Shown in pieces: positions 18,406 to 26,965 of a stretch of 64,000 nt of DNA; the stretch's first letter is position 1, and every line of letters starts with the position of its first letter. Origin of the DNA: a virus. Where the stretch lies: positions 123,751-187,750 of the IMG/VR virus record IMGVR_UViG_3300027793_000055; one strand, 5' to 3'. Made by a program: the position numbers and the translations under genes. A model generated the notes under the pieces. It saw only the letters and a list, made by a program, of their open reading frames with translations, did no database searches and had not been told where the DNA came from.

Positions 18406-18618
18406 TTAACTGTTATTCTTTTGCAACCAGCATTCCACCAGTTCCCGTAAAGATACTGTGGCCAGAACATGTTCTGGTTCTACTGTATCAATCCTACCAG
18501 AATCAAAAACTTCACCCTCACCTTCCCAAGTAAGAAAAGAAACCTGCACACCAGAAACTACATCCCAAGTCTCACCATCCGAAAGTGTAACAAAAGGGGT
18601 TGCGTCTGCCAGATTCAT
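18406..18618 (-). CDS. hypothetical protein
   Basis: ORF track; GGGAGG SD. Confidence 0.7.
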   Translation of the reverse strand: MNLADATPFVTLSDGETWDVVSGVQVSFLTWEGEGEVFDSGRIDTVEPEHVLATVSLRELVECWLQKNNS

Positions 18619-18667
18619 ATATCTACCTCCCTTAAGGGAAAAAGTGGCGATTCTATATAGAAAGAAA

Positions 18668-19102
18668 CTAGCTAGCCATATTCACCAGATGGGCAATAAC
18701 ACGAGGATCATTAAGATCATGCTTTTCCAGCATATCTTCGATCTTATTCTGAAGTGCATAGAAGCCCATATCGTTTTTCTTTTTGGCATATGCCATAAGA
18801 CCGGCAAGGTTAACGAGCAAACCATATTCCTGCAGGGAGTGAACACGATTAACTGTATCGTTAATCGTCTGGCACATATTCCTGCGAGCCATCTCTCTAT
18901 CTTTAATAACCTGATCATCACGTTGCCGCTGACGAATAGCCTTCTCAGTCTTAGCAACAGAAACAATATAGTTAACCTGATCAGTCAGCATATCAAGATC
19001 ACTGTCACTCAAACCAGCAACCTCCCCACGGCTCATGCTACCAATGGTAGTGATTGCATCCTGAAGCATTGCGAGGGTTTCAGCGGTGAGTGCGTTCGTC
19101 AT
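18668..19102 (-). CDS. helical early protein, probably leaderless
   Basis: ATG 7 nt from the -10 of P3. Confidence 0.75.
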   Translation of the reverse strand: MTNALTAETLAMLQDAITTIGSMSRGEVAGLSDSDLDMLTDQVNYIVSVAKTEKAIRQRQRDDQVIKDREMARRNMCQTINDTVNRVHSLQEYGLLVNLAGLMAYAKKKNDMGFYALQNKIEDMLEKHDLNDPRVIAHLVNMAS

Positions 19103-19108
19103 AGGGGC

Positions 19109-19136
19109 ATTATAGCAGAACCGGCAGGAAAGTCAA
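19109..19136 (-). promoter_or_regulatory. sigma70 promoter P3
   Basis: TTGACT-16-TATAAT. Confidence 0.8.
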
Positions 19137-19224
19137 GCACAGACTGCCCGCGATGCTAAACCCGCGATATATGGGGGCTTTTCATTTATTATACGTGATC
19201 TCTAATCGATCCCGGAGAGATCAC

Positions 19225-19471
19225 TATCCTTTTTTATAAGGATCCTCTCCTATCCCAGCATGATTCCTGAACCGGCTTTTCTAGCCAATATTTATAAAAT
19301 GGCTTCCGGATGCGGAGCACCCTTTTTTATAGCCTTTTATTCGACTTTCTCCCTATCTCTGAATGATTTAAAAATACACTTTTCTAGCCAATATCTATAA
19401 AACGGCTTCCTACTGCGGAACACCTTTTTCTATACCGTTTTATACGGTTTCTCCCCTATCCCATGATGATT
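19225..19471. repeat. imperfect non-coding tandem repeat, 103-bp period
   Basis: CTTTTCTAGCCAATAT at 19276 and 19379; ATGATT at 19260, 19363, 19466. Confidence 0.85.
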
Positions 19472-19652
19472 CTAGTAATCTAGCTGCAGCATATATTCTA
19501 TATACAGGTTAAACCTATAGGGTACTAACAAGCTTGTATTTTAAAATATAAACTTTTTTATCTTTTTTTTATCTTTTTTCTCTTTTTCTATTCTTTTTCT
19601 AAAATGGTACACTATTTAATTTGTATTGATCTGTTTGTGGTATAGTGATTTA

Positions 19653-19713
19653 ATACCCACCCTCCACCACCACTTTTTAACTTTCCCACCAGCTACGGCT
19701 GGTGTTTTTTTTT
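19653..19713 (+). ncRNA. candidate ~60-nt antisense-strand sRNA with C-rich (CCUCC) 5' region
   Basis: TGTGG-TATAGT extended -10 at 19636-19646; CACCAGC-TACG-GCTGGTG-T9 terminator at 19687-19713. Confidence 0.5.
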
Positions 19714-19801
19714 ACTAGATTATATCTACCGTGTAGCCGGCTATTTACGGAAACAAAAAGGGAGAAGTGGACACTTTTTTAAGTGACTGTTTTGGGCAGG
19801 T

Positions 19802-20023
19802 TTAATCTTCTATTACATTCCCTTTATATAGGGTTAACTGATGATTGGATACATATACAGTATTACCAGACAATAGATCTAGAAAGGTGTACCCTTCTTT
19901 TCTGGAATCTTTTTTTAGGGTTTCTTTATAGCTTCCTGAAAAGAATAGTAAAAGTCTATCCTTTTTAGCGCCTGAGAAGATATGACCTTCTATAGAAACA
20001 TGTTCATCTAGTAGGATTAACAT
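19802..20023 (-). CDS. small hypothetical protein (paralog family 2)
   Basis: MLILLD...LDLLSGN. Confidence 0.65.
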   Translation of the reverse strand: MLILLDEHVSIEGHIFSGAKKDRLLLFFSGSYKETLKKDSRKEGYTFLDLLSGNTVYVSNHQLTLYKGNVIED

Positions 20024-20126
20024 ATTATATTCTTCTTGTCTCGGCAGGATTATAGGATGGTGCTATAGTTAACCTGTCCTTCAATAAAGGCTAGTTTTAT
20101 ATCTTTGTGTCCTTATCTCAGGGATA

Positions 20127-20351
20127 CTATTGAAGGATGATACCACTTAGTGTTACCAGTTTAACTTGCCATGCATATAGGAAATATGATCTATCTGTTA
20201 AACTATTGATTATCCGATATACTGCAACTGTTTTTTGTATATTGTTTTCAATATCTTCTTTGTCATTCTCTTTTATAAAAAAGATTGCTCTTTCTTGTGT
20301 TTTTAATGATAACTCACCTATTGAGACTGGTCCTTCAAGTAGAATAAACAT
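20127..20351 (-). CDS. small hypothetical protein (paralog family 2)
   Basis: MFILLEG...NSLTDRSY; start moved from track 20402. Confidence 0.6.
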   Translation of the reverse strand: MFILLEGPVSIGELSLKTQERAIFFIKENDKEDIENNIQKTVAVYRIINSLTDRSYFLYAWQVKLVTLSGIILQ

Positions 20352-20376
20352 ATTTAATTCTTGTGTTCTCGGGAAC

Positions 20377-20598
20377 TTAAAATAGGGTACCTTTGGTAGC
20401 AAGAGATTCTAACACTATTACACCTAGATTAATCTCTTTTCCAGAAAGTATATCTGTAAACTTGGTGCTATTAATCTTGTTTTTTGGATTTGTTATATAG
20501 TGATAGGATGCTGGATTATAAAGTATAACTCTTTCACCTTCTCTGCCATAAAGAATACCAGTTACACTTATATACATATCATTAACCAATAGATACAT
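20377..20598 (-). CDS. small hypothetical protein (paralog family 2)
   Basis: MYLLVND...TDILSGK. Confidence 0.65.
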   Translation of the reverse strand: MYLLVNDMYISVTGILYGREGERVILYNPASYHYITNPKNKINSTKFTDILSGKEINLGVIVLESLATKGTLF

Positions 20599-20613
20599 AT
20601 TTAACCTTGTTTT

Positions 20614-20937
20614 CTAGTCTAATATGGTACCATATTTGATTAGTTTTTCTAAACCATCTGTATATAGACCATAAGTCTTATCTATCAGTAGATCTGTTAC
20701 TATATAGTAGTGATCTAGATTTGGATACTGTTCTAGATACTTGTATTTTTCATCCCTCAGATAAAATATTCTTCTTTGAAGTTTATAATCATCATCACTA
20801 AAAAGGTGTTGTATGCTAGCATAATCTGAATATGGCATATCTAGTAATTCAAGATTGTTTATTTCAATTATTATAAACATCCTTTTCTTATCTCGCTTAC
20901 CACTCACCCTTAACAAAGATTCCAAAACCACCAACAT
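20614..20937 (-). CDS. hypothetical protein (paralog family 2)
   Basis: VTDLLIDKTY; start uncertain. Confidence 0.6.
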   Translation of the reverse strand: MLVVLESLLRVSGKRDKKRMFIIIEINNLELLDMPYSDYASIQHLFSDDDYKLQRRIFYLRDEKYKYLEQYPNLDHYYIVTDLLIDKTYGLYTDGLEKLIKYGTILD

Positions 20938-21079
20938 TTTCAGTTTCTTCAGTCAGAAGTTGCAAAGTATAAGCTGGACACATAGAAGAAAAATCAATAC
21001 CAACAAAGTTTTCACTGATAATCTCTTTTTGCATCTCGATGATAGCCATATTCTGTTCTTCACGCGACTTTGCAATCAT
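20897..21079 (-). CDS. hypothetical protein
   Basis: ORF track; GAGG SD. Confidence 0.6.
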   Translation of the reverse strand: MIAKSREEQNMAIIEMQKEIISENFVGIDFSSMCPAYTLQLLTEETENVGGFGIFVKGEW

Positions 21080-21114
21080 ATTTTATAACCTCTTGTTTGT
21101 TGTGTGTTTAAAAT

Positions 21115-21138
21115 ATAAGAAGCCCCATTAGATGGGGC
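21115..21138 (-). terminator. intrinsic terminator
   Basis: GCCCCAT/ATGGGGC stem. Confidence 0.6.
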
Positions 21139-21150
21139 ACTCTTTATATA

Positions 21151-21354
21151 TCAAAGAACTGGAATATTTCTATTGAGATGGGTATAAATAGCACAATATG
21201 TATCAAGGTATGCATTCCAGTTTTGTGCATCCTGCACAAGCTGTGCATTTGTGCTATTTTCATCTTCTTGAAGATTTAAGAAAGTTTGACGCATATGCAG
21301 ACAATCAAAACTATTAATCATAGAAATAACACCATTGATAACTTGCTTATCCAT
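21151..21354 (-). CDS. hypothetical protein
   Basis: ORF track; AGGAG SD. Confidence 0.7.
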   Translation of the reverse strand: MDKQVINGVISMINSFDCLHMRQTFLNLQEDENSTNAQLVQDAQNWNAYLDTYCAIYTHLNRNIPVL

Positions 21355-21375
21355 ATTATCTCCTATTTCTCTTAA

Positions 21376-21666
21376 TCAGAGGAAAAAGTTTGTATCTACC
21401 TTAGACCAGTTTCCATTCCAAGGAACACCATTAAGATGAAGAATGTGCTTCTTATGATATACTCTAACTCCAGGAAGTCCATTTAGTCTTTCTTTTGTAG
21501 TGCTCGTATTCCAGCCACCAGTCTGAATATAAACACCATCATCTCTTACTTCAATAATCGGTGTATCCCAAAGATAGAGCCTATCACCAATAACTTTTGT
21601 ATTTTTTGAGCTATAGTTTTTGCCAATAAAAAGACATTCAATCGAACGCTTGGTTACGAGTCTCAC
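21376..21666 (-). CDS. conserved phage hypothetical protein
   Basis: GGWNTSTTKERLNGL motif. Confidence 0.75.
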   Translation of the reverse strand: MRLVTKRSIECLFIGKNYSSKNTKVIGDRLYLWDTPIIEVRDDGVYIQTGGWNTSTTKERLNGLPGVRVYHKKHILHLNGVPWNGNWSKVDTNFFL

Positions 21667-21691
21667 ATATATCCTTTTTTAACTTTTGTTT

Positions 21692-21767
21692 TGGTGGATT
21701 GAGTGGGGATCGAACCCACGGCCAATAGATTAAAAGTCTACTGCTCTACCATCTGAGCTATCAATCC
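21692..21767 (-). tRNA. tRNA-Lys(TTT), CCA encoded
   Basis: GGATTGA/TCAATCC, loop CT-TTT-AA, canonical D and T arms. Confidence 0.95.
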
Positions 21768-21770
21768 AAA

Positions 21771-21793
21771 TATCCGTTTTTACAGAACGGATA
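21771..21793 (-). repeat. tRNA 5'-leader hairpin, copy 1
   Basis: TATCCGTT/AACGGATA stem, same as 37214-37238. Confidence 0.75.
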
Positions 21794-21806
21794 AACTGTT
21801 TTTTTG

Positions 21807-21879
21807 CTGCCTAGCTTGGGTTCGAACCAAGGACATTTTGATTAACAGTCAAACGCTCTACCGACTGAGCTACTAGGCA
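21807..21879 (-). tRNA. tRNA-Asn(GTT), CCA not encoded
   Basis: TGCCTAG/CTAGGCA, G73, loop CT-GTT-AA. Confidence 0.95.
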
Positions 21880-21947
21880 ATAACCAGAATGACTTTATCA
21901 TACTGGCTATATTCTGTTAACTATTTCTATTTTGTTTTTTTATATAT

Positions 21948-22304
21948 TCACGCTGAATCTGCGAGTGCAGCATTGATCTCGTCTACAGTCATTGTACGAA
22001 CCTCACCCACATCATTCATAGGTTCTGCAACAGCGTCAGCTTCATTGGTATCAACAATAGGCTGAACAGTCAAAGACATAGCAGCCATAAAACTATCGCG
22101 ATCATAAAGGGCAGACGGCCGGCCGCGACCACCAGAAACCTGCTTTCCAACAGGAGTAAGATTAGCTGCTGCCAGCTTCTTCATAAGTGTAGCCTTAGAC
22201 ACGCCGGAAAGTTCAAGCATATCATTAATAGTAAGAGTCTCACCAGAAAAGTCAGGGTTATTGAAAATACGAGAAACACTAGAAACAACAGCGGTCTGTA
22301 CCAT
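21948..22304 (-). CDS. GC-rich early HTH DNA-binding protein
   Basis: LTINDMLELSGVSKATLMKKL, GRGRPSALY. Confidence 0.7.
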   Translation of the reverse strand: MVQTAVVSSVSRIFNNPDFSGETLTINDMLELSGVSKATLMKKLAAANLTPVGKQVSGGRGRPSALYDRDSFMAAMSLTVQPIVDTNEADAVAEPMNDVGEVRTMTVDEINAALADSA

Positions 22305-22362
22305 AACTACTCCACTTTATAATACAAAGCATAACGGGCTTTGTTCCGTTTGGCCACCGTGG

Positions 22363-22432
22363 CCACCAGCACATTCTAACACGGATCGGGCAAAGCGTCA
22401 AGCACCATCACCGAGCGGGCCTAAGTGCCTGA
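22363..22432 (-). promoter_or_regulatory. sigma70 promoter P4 (duplicated cassette, copy 1)
   Basis: TTGACG-17-TAGAAT; near-identical to 26896-26965. Confidence 0.85.
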
Positions 22433-22495
22433 TCTTGCTCGTGTTTTTATTTGTTTACAGTGATCTGCTTATCTGCTGGAGAGATCAGCCTACAC

Positions 22496-22711
22496 TTAAT
22501 ACACTTCTGAGTTGTTTATTAGATATTCTAAAGCACTACCACCAAATACTATTTCTTCACCATCCAATAGGTTTGTCAATATGATACTTTTATTGGTTTT
22601 ACCTTCGATGACATTTTCATATACTTTTATTGGAATCTTATATATCTCTCTTTTATCTGTGGAAGGATTCTCAAATAATATAAATTTAAAAACATCTTTT
22701 TTTGTTATCAT
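22496..22711 (-). CDS. small hypothetical protein (family 2-like)
   Basis: LTNLLDGEEI. Confidence 0.65.
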   Translation of the reverse strand: MITKKDVFKFILFENPSTDKREIYKIPIKVYENVIEGKTNKSIILTNLLDGEEIVFGGSALEYLINNSEVY

Positions 22712-22998
22712 TCTAGTTTGGCTCCTTCTTTTAGGATTCTACGAATACCTTGAGTTCGCAAGAAAGTAGTAAAATTTTCATACACATCAAAAACGTGGAA
22801 AGTACGTTGCGTTTTACGAGGATTAATAACTTCCTCTTCATAATCACGAAATGTTTCATCTAAAATAAAATAAAGGTTTCTTACAATGTATTCTTCTCCT
22901 GTTTCAAAGTTCTCGTATCGAGTATCGATAAGATAGTAGCTGCCTTTGGTTAGATCTAGAATCATTAGCTTACTCGTGGTTATCGATTCTCTTACCAA
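22708..22998 (-). CDS. hypothetical protein
   Basis: ORF track. Confidence 0.65.
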   Translation of the reverse strand: MVRESITTSKLMILDLTKGSYYLIDTRYENFETGEEYIVRNLYFILDETFRDYEEEVINPRKTQRTFHVFDVYENFTTFLRTQGIRRILKEGAKLE

Positions 22999-23224
22999 AA
23001 CTGACTAGCTGTTTTATTTCTAATGCTGTTAAATACTTTAAAGTATCGAGCATTAAATCTTCAATCTCATACTCATTGTTTTCTATAAATGAAATACCAA
23101 AATCTTCTAAGTCTTCAAAATATGAAATTGGTATCTTGATAACGTGTCTGATATCATTAATATCATCATACATATACACTCTAAATCTAACCTCAACAAT
23201 TGTTTTATCATTTGCATCAGACAT
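22970..23224 (-). CDS. hypothetical protein
   Basis: start moved to ATG 23224 (MSDANDK). Confidence 0.6.
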   Translation of the reverse strand: MSDANDKTIVEVRFRVYMYDDINDIRHVIKIPISYFEDLEDFGISFIENNEYEIEDLMLDTLKYLTALEIKQLVSFGKRIDNHE

Positions 23225-23232
23225 ATTAGCTT

Positions 23233-23487
23233 TTAATCCTCGATGCCAGAAACAATATATAAAAAACTGGATACTACTGTTGTAGTATGACCATTTTGCC
23301 AGTATATTCTGGCATACCATTCTTGTTCAAAAGTAAAAACTTCTACAATAAGTCCTAATAGATTAGGATCAGACAGATATATATCAGCTCTAACTAAATC
23401 ACCAACAAAAATAGGTTGAGTTTTCCTAGAAAAATGGTTTCCTCTATGTACCTTTTTTAGAAGATTATCCTTTTTTGTTTTTGGCAT
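23233..23487 (-). CDS. small SH3/KOW-like protein
   Basis: IFVGDLVRA...GLIVE...IYWQNG. Confidence 0.7.
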   Translation of the reverse strand: MPKTKKDNLLKKVHRGNHFSRKTQPIFVGDLVRADIYLSDPNLLGLIVEVFTFEQEWYARIYWQNGHTTTVVSSFLYIVSGIED

Positions 23488-23764
23488 TTTTACTTATTAC
23501 AACAATATCTGCTATGCGCCTTATTCTGGCTTTATGTAGTGTCTCTTCTCTATCTAGATTCTGCCAATAAACTCGCACAAAAGAAAGATTATTTTCATTT
23601 AAATCACAATCTTCTATATCCCACGTTGGATACCATTCAGTTTGAGATATTTCTTCTAATACTACACCTATTCCTCTTTCTAAAGGATCTCGACCAACAT
23701 ATTCAACTAAATCACCTTTTTGAAAGGAGTTTCTTTTATGTCTTGTGTGCGTTTTTGGCATCAT
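23465..23764 (-). CDS. small SH3/KOW-like protein
   Basis: FQKGDLVEY...GIGVV...VYWQN. Confidence 0.7.
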   Translation of the reverse strand: MMPKTHTRHKRNSFQKGDLVEYVGRDPLERGIGVVLEEISQTEWYPTWDIEDCDLNENNLSFVRVYWQNLDREETLHKARIRRIADIVVISKNAKNKKG

Positions 23765-23774
23765 GTATAAATAC

Positions 23775-23805
23775 AAAGAAGGGTGGCGTAAAACCACCCT
23801 TCTTT
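23775..23805. terminator. bidirectional terminator hairpin
   Basis: AAAGAAGGGTGG/CCACCCTTCTTT. Confidence 0.7.
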
Positions 23806-23813
23806 ATAATAAA

Positions 23814-25082
23814 TCAACCGTCTGCACAGTCCTTATCAGGAATAGCAATAATCTTCTCATTCGTCTGGAAATATGGTGAACGAGCACACGCTTCCGTGGT
23901 CATCCACATACGCTGACACTTACTAGCCTTTGGCTTTGGTGCATACATATCAGTCAGAACAATGTGGCCATCAAAGCTATTCTTATTCACATAGTCAGTA
24001 GGTGCATCAAAGTTAGTACCACCAGAAAGAACGCGCTCACGCTTATGCTTTGCACCCTTCTTCCATTCATAGACCTTTTCTTCATAAACGGCATCATCGA
24101 ATGGTACAACAGTAAATGTTGCAATCTCGGCCAGCTTATTCAGTTCAGCAAAGAAAGCAGCAAGCATACCATCATGCACAGAACCAGATTGATCAATCGA
24201 AACTGCAATACGGGCAGTACGAGCAGTCTTTCGACCCGGATGAATATAGGGATAACGACGATTGATCTTCTTCATCGAGTTAGAACGATCAGCAGCTTGC
24301 GAAGTCTTTACAAAATAGCGAAGAATAGACTTCCAATCAAGTTGAGACTTAATAGAATCCATAATCTGCTTCTGCATTTTATGTGAAACAGAACCCCAAC
24401 CGCGACCCTCCTTTACTACTTCTTCAACAGCGTCCTGAATAGCTTCCTTCAATCGTTCAGAAGCAATCTGTCGAGTTACAGAATCAACCTTGTCGCCTCC
24501 TTCTGTAGCCCATCCATCATGACTATCAAGAGAGTCAGGCATACCATCACCAGATTGTGGTTGACCCTTTCCGCCATTCTTTTCTTGTTCTTCTTCCTTC
24601 TTCTCCTTGATAATCTTATAATATTGCTCTGCAGAAAGGTATGGCTCCATATCTGCAAACATATTATTAGTTTCGCCGGTCTTTGGATCAGTATAAGAAC
24701 GACCGGGAATAACTGCAAATGCAGGAAGTTCATCAGCAATAAAAGAATTAATCGCAAGATCGGTTGCGATATTCCAGTTTCTATTCATACCATCTTCAGG
24801 CAAACGACCAGTCACATGTTCGAAAAGCAAGTGATAAAACTCGTGCTTCAATACACCAAGAATCTCAACCTGTTGGCGTTCTGGATCACCATTGCCAAGA
24901 GAATCAAAAAACTCTGGATTATACATCATTTCGAAGTAGCCAGAATCAGGATTAACCCGCACACCGGCAGTAGGAACAGCAGTAGAAGGAATCTTACTAA
25001 TACAACGTGAGATTGCAGCAAAAAATGGTTCCTTCTTAAGCAAGCGGAACATGTGCATATTGAGATCAAAACCAGTGGTCAT
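23814..25082 (-). CDS. vWA domain-containing metallopeptidase (DUF2201-like), MoxR partner
   Basis: LKHEFYHL, NIATDLAIN; C-terminal IDQSGS MIDAS, GGT.F, LTD. Confidence 0.85.
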   Translation of the reverse strand: MTTGFDLNMHMFRLLKKEPFFAAISRCISKIPSTAVPTAGVRVNPDSGYFEMMYNPEFFDSLGNGDPERQQVEILGVLKHEFYHLLFEHVTGRLPEDGMNRNWNIATDLAINSFIADELPAFAVIPGRSYTDPKTGETNNMFADMEPYLSAEQYYKIIKEKKEEEQEKNGGKGQPQSGDGMPDSLDSHDGWATEGGDKVDSVTRQIASERLKEAIQDAVEEVVKEGRGWGSVSHKMQKQIMDSIKSQLDWKSILRYFVKTSQAADRSNSMKKINRRYPYIHPGRKTARTARIAVSIDQSGSVHDGMLAAFFAELNKLAEIATFTVVPFDDAVYEEKVYEWKKGAKHKRERVLSGGTNFDAPTDYVNKNSFDGHIVLTDMYAPKPKASKCQRMWMTTEACARSPYFQTNEKIIAIPDKDCADG

Positions 25083-25122
25083 GATTAACTTCCTTTTATA
25101 GTGTGATCTGCTGAATAGTCTC

Positions 25123-25161
25123 TGCCCATCGTCATTATAGCACGATGGGCACAGAAGTCAA
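25123..25161 (-). promoter_or_regulatory. sigma70 promoter P5 with -10 enclosed by a 10-bp inverted repeat
   Basis: TTGACT-16-TATAAT; TGCCCATCGT/ACGATGGGCA. Confidence 0.8.
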
Positions 25162-25203
25162 GTGTTGGCTGGAGTTTGTATATAATACTAAAAATGTTCT
25201 TGT

Positions 25204-25698
25204 TTACTGAATAAGATAACCTTTACCTTTTGCAGCAGTAACAACATATGTCATAAGAAATTTAGCGGCATAACTATAATACTGATCTGTATCAATATCG
25301 ATATTAAGTTTCTTGGCTAATGTTTCACCTCGACGCCACGCTTCTGTTTCTTCCTCTATTTCTTCAATAAGGAAGCGCATAGTTTTCAATTTACGTGGAT
25401 CTTTATCGGCAGCTTCAAGTGCTTTATACTTCTTATTGAAGTTCTTATCGCGATTTAGAATATGGCCACACTCATGAAGTATGCTGAAAAGCTGATTATG
25501 TGACTTAGATCTTTCTGAAAGAAAGACTAGTTTCATTTCAAAGTCTACACTATCAACTATATGCTTTGTTTTACCACGAATGACTTTATAGCCACGCTTG
25601 GCTAGCCATGATTCGATAATATTTATCTTATCTTGCCAAAAAGAGCTTGAAACGTCTTTCTCCTTGGTCATATTAGTATATAGTGTCTTTTTAAGCAT
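25204..25698 (-). CDS. HExxH (IrrE/ImmA-like) metallopeptidase
   Basis: LFSILHECGHI, EEETEAWRRG. Confidence 0.7.
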   Translation of the reverse strand: MLKKTLYTNMTKEKDVSSSFWQDKINIIESWLAKRGYKVIRGKTKHIVDSVDFEMKLVFLSERSKSHNQLFSILHECGHILNRDKNFNKKYKALEAADKDPRKLKTMRFLIEEIEEETEAWRRGETLAKKLNIDIDTDQYYSYAAKFLMTYVVTAAKGKGYLIQ

Positions 25699-25763
25699 AA
25701 TTTGACTTTATTTATAATAAGTGAAGGGTGATACACTAATAATGTATCACCCCTCACAGTTAA

Positions 25764-26849
25764 TCACTTCTTGGTAGCTACATCAGAAAGCAGCTTAGTG
25801 ATATAATCACCAACCTTAACACCATTAATCACAGCCTTGTGGAGTGCAATAGTGTTATCCTTTGGAGCGGGGGGACGACCAACATTCTTCCACAGCTTCA
25901 TTGTGGCTTCTGAAGGAAGCATAAACAAATAGGTAGCAAGATTAGTGATCTGTTCAGTAGTCAGCTTATCCTGCAAAACCTTGCAAGCATCCATCTTATC
26001 GATCAGCTGAATATGCTCATTGAGAGCAAACTTCTCAACAAGATTGAACTTACCATTATCAATAATATCAGCCGGTGTAACGATTCGCTGATAGTTCTGA
26101 ATAAAACTACCAAGTTCGATGGCTGCTTCATAACCAATAAATGCAGCAGAAAGAGGAATAATATCCTTGCTGTATTCGCCAGTCAACAGACCAGCATGCT
26201 GCATTACATCATTGCAACGCTTCCAAGAACGTCGTGAAGGATACTTCTTGTTTGGCTCAAAATCACCATTATTATGCTCAAGATGATTGCGATGATTATT
26301 GATAAAGTCCCAGATAACACTGTGGACATTATCCTTAGCCCAAGCAAGCCAATCTTCGATAGTAGGCTCAACGTCAAAGACAGACCAACGATCAAGTTCC
26401 GCCGGATCCATCTCACCAACCTGATACTGTGCAGCGTGCATACCGCCGTTAACAGCAGCAAAGATACGAGTGCCACGGTGAAGCACATGACCATTCAGCT
26501 TACGAGAATCAGTAAGCTCAAAGATACCCTGACGAACCTCGATGGTTGCACGATCAACCTCATCAAGAAACAAAACGACGGGATGCTCGCAAGCCTCCTT
26601 AAACCAATCCGGCGGATTGAAAGAGGTACGATTACCATTAATCGAAGGCAGACCAACAAGATCGCCCTCCGTCATCTGTGATGCACGACGTTCAACAACC
26701 GGCATGCCGAGTTCTCGTGCAACCTGATACACAAGTTCGGACTTACCAATACCATGACGACCACGAATAAGAATCGGCTTTGCTTCTGCAATAACCGAAG
26801 GAATAATGCGATTGAAAGTGGCAAAGTCAACAGAAAGACCAAAGGACAT
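25764..26849 (-). CDS. MoxR-like AAA+ ATPase
   Basis: GRHGIGKS, LFLDEVDR, MDPAELDRW, PSRRSW. Confidence 0.9.
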   Translation of the reverse strand: MSFGLSVDFATFNRIIPSVIAEAKPILIRGRHGIGKSELVYQVARELGMPVVERRASQMTEGDLVGLPSINGNRTSFNPPDWFKEACEHPVVLFLDEVDRATIEVRQGIFELTDSRKLNGHVLHRGTRIFAAVNGGMHAAQYQVGEMDPAELDRWSVFDVEPTIEDWLAWAKDNVHSVIWDFINNHRNHLEHNNGDFEPNKKYPSRRSWKRCNDVMQHAGLLTGEYSKDIIPLSAAFIGYEAAIELGSFIQNYQRIVTPADIIDNGKFNLVEKFALNEHIQLIDKMDACKVLQDKLTTEQITNLATYLFMLPSEATMKLWKNVGRPPAPKDNTIALHKAVINGVKVGDYITKLLSDVATKK

Positions 26850-26895
26850 GCGAACCTCTTACGTTATTGTTTGACCGTGAATCGCACCATGCGAG

Positions 26896-26965
26896 CCACC
26901 AGCACATTCTAACACGGATCGGGCAAAGCGTCAAGCACCATCGCCGAGCGCACCTAAGTGCTTGA
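26896..26965 (-). promoter_or_regulatory. sigma70 promoter P6 (duplicated cassette, copy 2)
   Basis: TTGACG-17-TAGAAT; near-identical to 22363-22432. Confidence 0.85.

Noticed and set aside
19225-19471. CRISPR array
   Set aside because: Units are ~90-bp imperfect repeats with only ~10 nt between them, not 25-45-bp repeats with unique spacers; no cas genes
22363-26965. DGR template/variable repeat pair
   Set aside because: Non-coding promoter duplication; differences not adenine-specific; no reverse transcriptase
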